DNA of 35,328 nucleotides from a virus (Duplodnaviria > Caudoviricetes), in IMG/VR virus record IMGVR_UViG_3300051213_000013, positions 1 to 35,328 of that record. One strand, 5' to 3'. Every line of letters begins with the position of its first letter. Position 1 is the stretch's first letter. The notes beneath the pieces are model-generated. The model was not told where the DNA came from, made no database searches, and worked only from the letters and a program-made list of their open reading frames with translations. Shown in pieces: positions 28,385-35,328 of the stretch. Made by a program: the position numbers and the translations under genes.

Positions 28385-28676
28385 AACAACTCTAGATATG
28401 ATTAACGGTCTTGCAGATATCGCAGATTATATGCAGGACGAGGAACTGACGACAGCATTAACTTTTATTGCTAAGCTTATTGTTAAGCCAGATATTCCTC
28501 TACAAGTTGCAACAATTGAGATCGTACGCCTACAGGCAATTGCTGCTAAAATGTCTTTTAAGGCAACCTGGATGGCTAACGTAGATAAGGGAGATAGAGC
28601 GAAGAAGAACTTGTACTTTACCGCTGCAGAATCAATCAATAACTTGGTTGCTGCACTAAAGTACATTACTCGCTAA
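28374..28676 (+). CDS. Hypothetical helical protein
   Basis: ATG 28374 overlaps the previous gene and the ORF fills the gap before the Cas4-like gene. Function unknown. Confidence 0.65.
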   Translation: MQNETTLDMINGLADIADYMQDEELTTALTFIAKLIVKPDIPLQVATIEIVRLQAIAAKMSFKATWMANVDKGDRAKKNLYFTAAESINNLVAALKYITR

Positions 28677-28684
28677 GTGGTATT

Positions 28685-29518
28685 ATGGCTAAAAATTTAT
28701 TGAGTCAGGTAATGTTGAAAAAGGTTGAAGAAAAGCCTAACATGTTTATTAAGCCTGAAGAACTGATTGCAAAAATTCATCATGGATATACTGTAACTCG
28801 TGTAGCAAAGTTTCAGAAAAAGAAAACTTTTGCACCAAGCACGATTGCGTATTCACATGGTGAGTGTCCTAGATACTGGTACCTAGCGTTTGATGGTGCC
28901 ATGTTTGAGGATAACGCTGACGCATATGGTGTAGCTAATATGACATCTGGAACTTTGTCTCACGATAGAATCCAGGCTGCCATGCTTAACTCTGGGTTAG
29001 CAAAAGAGTTTGTTGATGATAACGGCAACAAGACTACTGAGTTTAAAATCGTTAGCCAGGATCCACCAATTTTTGGATATGGCGATGCAATGTTGGAATG
29101 GGCTGGGGAAGACATTGTTGGAGAAATTAAAACCATGCCAAGCGAAGGATTTGAATACAGAAAGGCACATGGTAAGCCAAAGACTGGCCACCTAGTTCAG
29201 CTGCTTATTTATATGAAGATTCTTGGCAAATCAAAGGGTGTTCTTATATATGAGAATAAGAATAACCATGACTTGCTGGTGCTGCCTATTGAGGTAAAGC
29301 CAGGAAGCTATCTAGTATCGTGGGTAAACCAAGCTTTTGATTGGATGAGAGTGGTTCGAAAGGCATGGGTTGATAGAACTCTGCCAGAAAAGAACTACCG
29401 TTCAAATTCAAAAATTTGTAAGACGTGTCCTATTCAGGCTGCGTGTGCAGAGGCTGGCAAGGGAGAGATCAAAATTAAATCTCTGGAGCCAATAGATGAA
29501 GCACTGTCAATGGTGTGA
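28685..29518 (+). CDS. Cas4-like (PD-(D/E)XK, Fe-S) exonuclease
   Basis: N-terminal ECPR, GT..H, GYGD...GEIKT, Q...Y, and C-terminal CKTCPIQAAC (1+3 Cys arrangement). Confidence 0.85.
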   Translation: MAKNLLSQVMLKKVEEKPNMFIKPEELIAKIHHGYTVTRVAKFQKKKTFAPSTIAYSHGECPRYWYLAFDGAMFEDNADAYGVANMTSGTLSHDRIQAAMLNSGLAKEFVDDNGNKTTEFKIVSQDPPIFGYGDAMLEWAGEDIVGEIKTMPSEGFEYRKAHGKPKTGHLVQLLIYMKILGKSKGVLIYENKNNHDLLVLPIEVKPGSYLVSWVNQAFDWMRVVRKAWVDRTLPEKNYRSNSKICKTCPIQAACAEAGKGEIKIKSLEPIDEALSMV

Positions 29519-29819
29519 TACCAACTTTATACCAAAAACTTCTTATCAGATATATTGTTCATCACTATGTCGTGAGCAAGCAACTAAAGAAAAAATAGCA
29601 CAGCGTTATGAGAAGACACGTAGGGAGAGGCGAAAAAACAAAGATCGTCGCTGCAAAATATGTGATAATCTTCTGTCAATATATAACGATGAAAAAACAT
29701 GCGAGTCATGTCTGATTGATCCAAAACAGATCAATCGTGTACTTAGACAAATTAAGGGGATAGCAAATGGTAAAACTGAACTCAATAGTGGGGAAGCCAG
29801 CAAAGATCCTAGCAATTGA
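29496..29819 (+). CDS. Cys-rich Zn-finger protein
   Basis: CQWC, YCSSLC, CKIC, CESC. Confidence 0.7.
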   Translation: MKHCQWCDTNFIPKTSYQIYCSSLCREQATKEKIAQRYEKTRRERRKNKDRRCKICDNLLSIYNDEKTCESCLIDPKQINRVLRQIKGIANGKTELNSGEASKDPSN

Positions 29820-30345
29820 TGCAAGTACAAACAGTCTTGCATTTGCTTTTTTTGATTCAAAGTCGCTAGTATCTTTTGGTAAGATTAAGTATAGCGGTAT
29901 AACGACATACGACAAGGTCATAGATGCATGTAAGAAAACAAAAGCTTTCTTGGACATCTATGGCCCTGTCGATGCCATTGTGATTGAGCACACAGTATTT
30001 ATGAATAGCCCTAAGACTGCAGCAGATCTTGCCCTTGTCCAGGGTGGACTACTAGGGGCAGCAGGCCTTTCTGGGGTAACGCAGATCAAGTCTGTAGCCC
30101 CAATTACTTGGCAAAACTACATTGGCAATAAGAAACTAACCAAAGAGGAAAAGCTTGCTATTCGTAACCAAAATCCTGGCAAGTCTGAGTCATGGCTTAA
30201 AACATATGAAAGAAATCTCAGAAAAGAAAAAACTATTAATTATATTAATATTCAATATGATAGGATGGTCAGCGATAATGACGTTGCTGATGCTATTGGT
30301 ATTGGGCATTATGCTATAAATAACTGGGAGAGGTTGACAAGCTGA
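29767..30345 (+). CDS. RuvC-like Holliday junction resolvase
   Basis: ILAIDAS, IVIEH and DNDVADAIGI catalytic motifs. Confidence 0.85.
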   Translation: MVKLNSIVGKPAKILAIDASTNSLAFAFFDSKSLVSFGKIKYSGITTYDKVIDACKKTKAFLDIYGPVDAIVIEHTVFMNSPKTAADLALVQGGLLGAAGLSGVTQIKSVAPITWQNYIGNKKLTKEEKLAIRNQNPGKSESWLKTYERNLRKEKTINYINIQYDRMVSDNDVADAIGIGHYAINNWERLTS

Positions 30346-30362
30346 TGGCAAAGCTGTATACT
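30334..30362 (+). promoter_or_regulatory. Near-consensus primary-sigma promoter
   Basis: TTGACA (30334-39), 17 nt spacer, TATACT (30357-62). Confidence 0.6.
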
Positions 30363-30497
30363 AGTGAGGCATGGCTTCGTAAAAGGTTCGTTATGGACAA
30401 GAAGTCACCAGAAGACATAGCAAAGGAATGTGGAGTTAGTTTAGAAACTATCTACGTATATCTTGCAAAATTTGGACTAAGAAAGAGCAGACGATGA
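30345..30497 (+). CDS. 50-aa HTH DNA-binding protein (absent from the ORF track)
   Basis: MAKLYTSEAWLRKRFVMDKKSPEDIAKECGVSLETIYVYLAKFGLRKSRR; classic HTH; TGATG and ATGA coupling on the two sides. Confidence 0.8.
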   Translation: MAKLYTSEAWLRKRFVMDKKSPEDIAKECGVSLETIYVYLAKFGLRKSRR

Positions 30498-30730
30498 GCG
30501 ATAAGCTAAAAATTACGGTTGACCAGGTCAATCATCCAACACACTATACCAGCCACCCAAGCGGTATTGAAGCACTCCAGATTACTAGACATATGAACTT
30601 TAACCTAGGTAATGCAATGAAGTATATTTGGAGAGCTGGGATTAAGAGCGAAGAGAAGCACATCGAAGACCTTGAGAAGGCTATCTTTTATATTCAGGAC
30701 GAAATCAAGCGTATTAAGGGTGAGTTCTAG
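30494..30730 (+). CDS. DUF3310/SaV-like protein
   Basis: VNHPTHY...GNAMKYIWRAG.K...EDLEKA.FY. Confidence 0.85.
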   Translation: MSDKLKITVDQVNHPTHYTSHPSGIEALQITRHMNFNLGNAMKYIWRAGIKSEEKHIEDLEKAIFYIQDEIKRIKGEF

Positions 30731-31027
30731 TTGGGTCGTAAGAAGAATGCTGCACCAGTAGCTCCTAGTAAATTTACTAGAGAGCATTCAATGCTAGTTA
30801 ATGGCTTTGAGGTGGTTCGTGGTGATATAATTAAAGTTAGTGGAGAATACGGACTAAAGTTCAAATTCGATGCTGTAGTGACCAACACAGAGACAGGATC
30901 TGTTTGGGTTGACTGCTTTGAAATCTTTAGGGGTCAAAGCCATAGCTACAGGTCATTTGCTTTAGATAAGGTTAAGAGGATTCCACAGAAGGGCAAGAGG
31001 GCAAAGAAGAATGTCTCAGCAGATTGA
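30731..31027 (+). CDS. Hypothetical protein (small beta-barrel, basic termini)
   Basis: TTG start directly after the previous stop; fills the gap and overlaps the next gene. Confidence 0.6.
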   Translation: MGRKKNAAPVAPSKFTREHSMLVNGFEVVRGDIIKVSGEYGLKFKFDAVVTNTETGSVWVDCFEIFRGQSHSYRSFALDKVKRIPQKGKRAKKNVSAD

Positions 31028-31751
31028 GTATCTAGACTATCCAACAAGGGTCTGGATTATTGACGACTTTTTTAGTACAGACCTTGCTACACAGCTTTCT
31101 GACGAGTTTTATAGCTATGATGATGAGAGATGGCTAACAAGAAACAACTCAGAGTTTGAAGAAAAGCTTCTTTCTACACATTGGGACTGGTATCCTAAAT
31201 CTTTTTATAAGACATTTTTTGATTTGACATCTGCTGAGTTTACAAAGGTTCTTGAAGAGCTGACTGGTATTGATGGGCTTATTGCAGACTATGGCTTACA
31301 TGCTGGTGGAATGCACCTACACGCAAGCAATGGCAGACTTAACCTGCACCAGGATGCAAAGGTGCATCCAAAACTTGATCTAGTAAGAAAGCTAAACCTA
31401 ATTGTTTATTTAAACAAAAACTGGGAAGATGAATGGGGTGGAGAGCTAGAGTTCTGGAGTGATAAGGACGGAGAGCCTAATGAGCTAGAGTTCTATGTCG
31501 AACCAAAGTTTAATCGTGCAGTCCTATTTGAAACAGATAGAGATTTTTGGCATGGTCTTCCAGAGATGATTGCTGCACCTAATGGTGAAAACAGACAAAG
31601 CATTGCTATCTTTTATTACATTAAGTCTGATGATGCTCTTGATATGCCAACAAGATCGAAGTTTGCATTAACTGATGAGCAAAAGATGAACCCAGAACTT
31701 GTGGCTAAGAACGAAGAAAGAATGAGAACGGCTTTTAAATATGGAAGATAA
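31011..31751 (+). CDS. 2OG-Fe(II) oxygenase, prolyl-hydroxylase-like
   Basis: GGMH...LNLHQD...LNLIVYLN..W...WGGELEFW...PKFNRAVLF...WHG...RQSIAIFYY. Confidence 0.88.
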   Translation: MSQQIEYLDYPTRVWIIDDFFSTDLATQLSDEFYSYDDERWLTRNNSEFEEKLLSTHWDWYPKSFYKTFFDLTSAEFTKVLEELTGIDGLIADYGLHAGGMHLHASNGRLNLHQDAKVHPKLDLVRKLNLIVYLNKNWEDEWGGELEFWSDKDGEPNELEFYVEPKFNRAVLFETDRDFWHGLPEMIAAPNGENRQSIAIFYYIKSDDALDMPTRSKFALTDEQKMNPELVAKNEERMRTAFKYGR

Positions 31752-32271
31752 GTTAGTAGAGCACCTTGATAATGTGAACAAGGTTGTAGAGAAATACCTT
31801 GCTGGTAGTGACCCAACACAGATTTCAAAAGAGCTGTCTATGTCAAGACAGACTGTGGTTGGATACATTAGCGAATGGAGACAAATGGCTGCAGACAATG
31901 CAGCTATCCGTGCTCGTGCTAAAGAAGCATTAGTTGGTGCTGATACACACTATAGCAAGCTAATTTCAAAAGCTTATGAGGTTATTGAAGAGGCAACGAC
32001 TACTGCAAATCTTAGTGCAAAAACCCAGGGCATCAAGTTGGTTATGGACTTAGAGAAGACACGTATCGAAATGCTACAGAAAGCAGGCTTGCTAGAGAAC
32101 AAAGAGCTTGCCGAAGAAATGATTGAGATTGAAGAACGCCAAGAAGCATTGATCCAAATCCTTAAGGATATTGCATCTGAGTACCCAGAAATCCGTGACG
32201 AAATTATGAGAAGACTTTCTAGGGTTAGTAAGCAAAAAGAAACAATAACGATTGTGAATAATGATGTTTGA
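31741..32271 (+). CDS. Probable terminase small subunit (N-terminal HTH plus coiled coil)
   Basis: HTH PTQISKELSMSRQTVVGYI; overlaps the start of the large terminase gene. Confidence 0.65.
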   Translation: MEDKLVEHLDNVNKVVEKYLAGSDPTQISKELSMSRQTVVGYISEWRQMAADNAAIRARAKEALVGADTHYSKLISKAYEVIEEATTTANLSAKTQGIKLVMDLEKTRIEMLQKAGLLENKELAEEMIEIEERQEALIQILKDIASEYPEIRDEIMRRLSRVSKQKETITIVNNDV

Positions 32272-34042
32272 TGATTTCTTAGAAGCACTAAAGGCTGATA
32301 ACTTTGAAGAGCGTCCAGTAGACGCTAAGACATTTGTTGAGGGTGAAGACTACCTAAATCAGCCACCGCTATCTGAGGTCCAGTATGACATTGTAGAGGC
32401 TATGAGCCAAGTCTACAAGCTGGAAGATCTTATTGATCTGATGGGAGAAACTGATGGTAGAAGATACTATAAAAAGTATACGAAGAATGAAGTTATTCTT
32501 CAGCTCGGCAAAGGTTCTGGCAAGGACTTTACCTCTACGGTTGCATGTGCTTACATTGTCTATAAGCTATTATGCCTTAAGGATCCTGCACGATATTTTG
32601 GTAAACCTAGTGGTGATGCCATCGATATCATTAACGTTGCTATTAACGCACAGCAGGCGAAGAACGTATTCTTTAAAGGCTTTAAAACAAAAATTGAGAA
32701 ATCGCCATGGTTTGCTGGAAAGTATAACCCAAAGGCAGAGTCTATTGAGTTTGACAAATCTATCACAGTATACTCAGGTCACTCAGAAAGAGAGTCTCAC
32801 GAGGGTCTCAACCTTATTCTTGCGGTACTTGACGAGATTTCTGGATTCGCTACAGAGATTGGAACTGGTAATGATCAGGGTAAGACTGCAGATAATATTT
32901 ACAAAGCGTTCCGTGCGTCTGTTGACTCTCGTTTCCCAGATCTTGGAAAGGTAGCACTACTCTCCTTTCCACGTTTCCCTGGAGACTTTATTTCTACAAG
33001 ATACGATGCAGTGATTGCAGAAAAAGAAGTAATAACAAAGCAGCACAAGTTTATTATGAACGAAGACCTGCCAGAAGATGCTGAAGGCAACTCGCTAGAA
33101 ATTGAGTGGGATGAGGACACAATCATCTCATATAAGTATCCAGGAATGTTTGCTCTTAAGCGTCCTACATGGGTAGTTAACCCTACTCGTAAGATTGACG
33201 ACTTCAAGCTTGCATTCTTTACGGACATGGGAGATGCTATGCAACGTTTTGCATGTGTCCCAACATACATGTCAGACGCTTTCTTTAAGCAGAGAGACAA
33301 GGTTCGTGCAGCAATGACAATTCGTAATCCACTGGATTCGTTCAGAAGGTTCGAATCTTCTTTTGAGCCAGACCCAGAAAAGATCTACTATGTTCACGCT
33401 GACCTTGCTCAGAAGCATGACAAATGTGCTGTTGCAATTGCTCACGTAGAAAAGTGGGTAAATGTTCAAGTAGTTAAAGACTACCAACAGATTGCACCAA
33501 TTGTTGTGGTTGATGCCGTAGCATACTGGGAACCAAGAATAGAAGGACCAGTAGACTTGTCAGAAGTAAAGCAATGGATCCAGAACCTGAGAAGAATTGG
33601 TTTTAATATTGGAATTGTCTCATTTGACCGCTGGCAGTCATTTGATATTCAGAATGAGCTGAAGCAGATTGGAATGAGAACTGATACTGTTTCTGTTGCC
33701 AAAAAGCACTATGAAGACATGGCTATGCTAGTCTATGAAGATAGACTTGCTATGCCTGCAATAGACCTGTTGTTCGAAGAGCTAACAGAGCTAAAGATTA
33801 CTAAGAATGGTAAGAACGTTGACCACCCAAGAAAGCTGTCCAAGGACCTAGCTGACGCTGTGTGTGGAGCCATTTTTGGTGCTATAAGTCACACACCAAG
33901 AGACCTAAACCTTGAGGTTGAGGTACATACTTTTAAAGACAGACCTAAAACTGAACTTGACAAGCAAAAAGATAGTGTGATACAATATAAACCTATGCCA
34001 AAAGAGGTAAGAGACTATTTGGATAGGTTCGAGTTAATCTAA
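32261..34042 (+). CDS. terL: Terminase large subunit
   Basis: Walker A GKGSGKD, Walker B LAVLDE, nuclease motifs HADLAQKHD, FDRWQS and DHP...SKDLADA. Confidence 0.9.
   Translation: MMFDDFLEALKADNFEERPVDAKTFVEGEDYLNQPPLSEVQYDIVEAMSQVYKLEDLIDLMGETDGRRYYKKYTKNEVILQLGKGSGKDFTSTVACAYIVYKLLCLKDPARYFGKPSGDAIDIINVAINAQQAKNVFFKGFKTKIEKSPWFAGKYNPKAESIEFDKSITVYSGHSERESHEGLNLILAVLDEISGFATEIGTGNDQGKTADNIYKAFRASVDSRFPDLGKVALLSFPRFPGDFISTRYDAVIAEKEVITKQHKFIMNEDLPEDAEGNSLEIEWDEDTIISYKYPGMFALKRPTWVVNPTRKIDDFKLAFFTDMGDAMQRFACVPTYMSDAFFKQRDKVRAAMTIRNPLDSFRRFESSFEPDPEKIYYVHADLAQKHDKCAVAIAHVEKWVNVQVVKDYQQIAPIVVVDAVAYWEPRIEGPVDLSEVKQWIQNLRRIGFNIGIVSFDRWQSFDIQNELKQIGMRTDTVSVAKKHYEDMAMLVYEDRLAMPAIDLLFEELTELKITKNGKNVDHPRKLSKDLADAVCGAIFGAISHTPRDLNLEVEVHTFKDRPKTELDKQKDSVIQYKPMPKEVRDYLDRFELI
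33957..33986 (+). promoter_or_regulatory. Promoter for the secreted-protein gene, embedded in the terL 3' end
   Basis: TTGACA (33957-62), 18 nt spacer, TACAAT (33981-86), with TG extension. Confidence 0.65.
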
Positions 34043-34072
34043 ACAAACAATATAGAAAAGGAAAACATATAT

Positions 34073-35071
34073 ATGACTTCAATTAAGAAGATCGCATTCG
34101 CATTGGTTGCAGCCACTGCCCTTGCAACATCAGTAATCGCAACACCTGCAAGTGCTGCAGTATCTACTGCTCTAACAGTTGGCGGAAACGCTGCAGTTGG
34201 CGGTACCGCTGTATCAGCACCAGTAGCACTTCCAGTACCTGCAGATAACTCTGTAGATGCTGTAGACGCACTAAAGATTGCCCTAACAGGCCTTGACACT
34301 GGAACAACTGTTTCTGCTGTCGCAACTAACGGTAAGATTGTTACTGCACTTGCTGCTGCAGGTGCTCCAGTAACTGCTGCTTCAGGTACTTCATCTGTAT
34401 CGATTTCAACTGGTACTGGTACTACTGCAGATATCTACGTATTCACCACTACTACTGCAGTTGGTACTGTAGCAGTTACTGTTGGTGGAAACACAACTAC
34501 ATACTACTTCCAGGGTACTGCTGGTGCACTAAATGCAATTGAACTTGCTGGTGCAACTTCAGGTGCTGCAGGAACCGTATACACTGCAACTGTACGTGGT
34601 GTTGACGTATTTGGTAACGCAAAGGGTGGTGCATCAATCAGCCTTCAGGTTGTAACAAACACTGCATCTACTACTTACGCATTGACAACTGACACTGCAA
34701 CTGCAACTCTTGGAACCAAGACTCAGGATGTAACACTTCCTGCTGCTGGTACTGTTCGTCTAATTGCAACTGCAACTGTCGCATCTGCTGTTACTGGTCT
34801 AGCAACTCCTGTTGCTGTCCGTGTTGCTGATGTTACAGTTCGTGACCTTGCATCAGAGCTAACTGCTAAGAACGCAGAGCTTGCTGCTGAGAAGGCTGCA
34901 CATGACGTAACCAAGGCAGAGCTTGCCAAGGTCAAGGCAGAGCTTGCCCTTGTAATTGCACGTGCTGAGGCTGCTGAGGCAGGCACTAAGTCTGCAAAGG
35001 CAAAGTACAATGCACTTGCAACTAAGTGGAACAAGAAGTTCCCAAAGACCAAGGTAGCATTGCTTAAGTAA
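34073..35071 (+). CDS. Secreted Ala/Thr/Val-rich surface-type protein with C-terminal coiled coil
   Basis: Sec signal peptide MTSIKKIAFALVAATALATSVIATPASA|A, Ig-like beta-rich body, heptad helix and basic tail. Confidence 0.75.
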   Translation: MTSIKKIAFALVAATALATSVIATPASAAVSTALTVGGNAAVGGTAVSAPVALPVPADNSVDAVDALKIALTGLDTGTTVSAVATNGKIVTALAAAGAPVTAASGTSSVSISTGTGTTADIYVFTTTTAVGTVAVTVGGNTTTYYFQGTAGALNAIELAGATSGAAGTVYTATVRGVDVFGNAKGGASISLQVVTNTASTTYALTTDTATATLGTKTQDVTLPAAGTVRLIATATVASAVTGLATPVAVRVADVTVRDLASELTAKNAELAAEKAAHDVTKAELAKVKAELALVIARAEAAEAGTKSAKAKYNALATKWNKKFPKTKVALLK

Positions 35072-35084
35072 TTAAAGCATACTT

Positions 35085-35119
35085 GTAGGGGGAGGGAGTA
35101 AAATCTCTCCCCTTACTTG
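35085..35119 (+). terminator. Hairpin terminator after the secreted-protein gene
   Basis: GTAGGGGGAGGGA-gtaaaa-TCTCTCCCCTTAC, a 13-bp stem with two G-U pairs and a short U tract. Confidence 0.7.
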
Positions 35120-35146
35120 TCTCAAAATAGAGTAGGAACATATAGG

Positions 35147-35328
35147 GTGTCAATAAAGTTAGTATATTTTTCTAATCATTCTGGAAATACCAAAAGGTTC
35201 GTCGATAAGCTAACCTATGAGGCACAGCAAATTCCAATTAGATGGAATGAAGAGGATCCACTTATTGTTGACTTTAAATATGTATTGTGTGTGCCAACAT
35301 ATGGTGGTGGAAATGATAACACGTCAAT
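35147..35328 (+). CDS. nrdI: NrdI flavodoxin (class Ib ribonucleotide reductase accessory), 3'-truncated; absent from the ORF track
   Basis: GTG start; [22 protein letters not shown]...[11 protein letters not shown] matches the NrdI signature. Confidence 0.88.
   Translation, partial: MSIKLVYFSNHSGNTKRFVDKLTYEAQQIPIRWNEEDPLIVDFKYVLCVPTYGGGNDNTS

Noticed and set aside
28678-28686. TGGTATTAT extended -10-like motif
   Set aside because: It overlaps the likely ATG at 28685, so it could not produce a full-length transcript unless the true start lies downstream. Ambiguous.
28685-29518. CRISPR-Cas system suggested by the Cas4-like gene
   Set aside because: No repeat-spacer array or other cas genes were seen. 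Solo Cas4-like nucleases are common in phage recombination modules.
32454-32954. 166-aa alternate-frame ORF inside terL
   Set aside because: No recognisable motifs or RBS; Leu/Ser/Arg-rich composition typical of off-frame translation.
18484-34042. Inteins or introns in DnaB, DnaE, RecA or TerL
   Set aside because: Protein lengths are normal, motifs are contiguous, and no intein splice or LAGLIDADG motifs were seen.
1-35328. tRNA/ncRNA genes, stop-codon reassignment, integrase or diversity-generating retroelement
   Set aside because: Intergenic gaps are short and explained by promoters or hairpins. Genes are intact under the standard code with all three stops used. No reverse transcriptase, integrase or long repeat pair was seen by eye.

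Overview
This is a 35.3-kb, AT-rich, densely coding segment of a large tailed dsDNA phage, most likely a siphovirus of Actinobacteria. Every credible gene is on the + strand. The tail module (1-17.4 kb) holds the tail tube protein, two tail-assembly chaperone genes, a 2348-aa tape measure protein and tail tip/baseplate genes. A MerR-like DNA-binding gene follows, then a replication/recombination module (helicase loader, DnaB, primase, SSB, DnaE, MazG-like, RecA, resolvase, Cas4-like nuclease, RuvC-like). That module is interrupted by three tandem 2OG-Fe(II) oxygenases, with a fourth further on. The window ends with small and large terminase, a secreted Ala/Thr-rich protein with its own promoter and terminator, and the start of nrdI. 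From recall (not searched), the gene order resembles large actinophages such as Streptomyces clusters BE/BK and uncultured freshwater actinophages. The most notable signals are: (1) the G/GT tail-chaperone pair appears to be made by gene duplication with separate promoters rather than by a ribosomal frameshift; (2) a His-Me finger (DRGH-type) nuclease-like motif lies inside the tape measure protein; (3) four 2OG-Fe(II) oxygenases co-occur with a (Pro-Lys)n protein in the tail module; (4) a host-like secreted surface protein is organised as an autonomous cassette; (5) two promoter classes are present, including predicted leaderless transcripts. All calls come from motif reading and gene context only; no searches were run.
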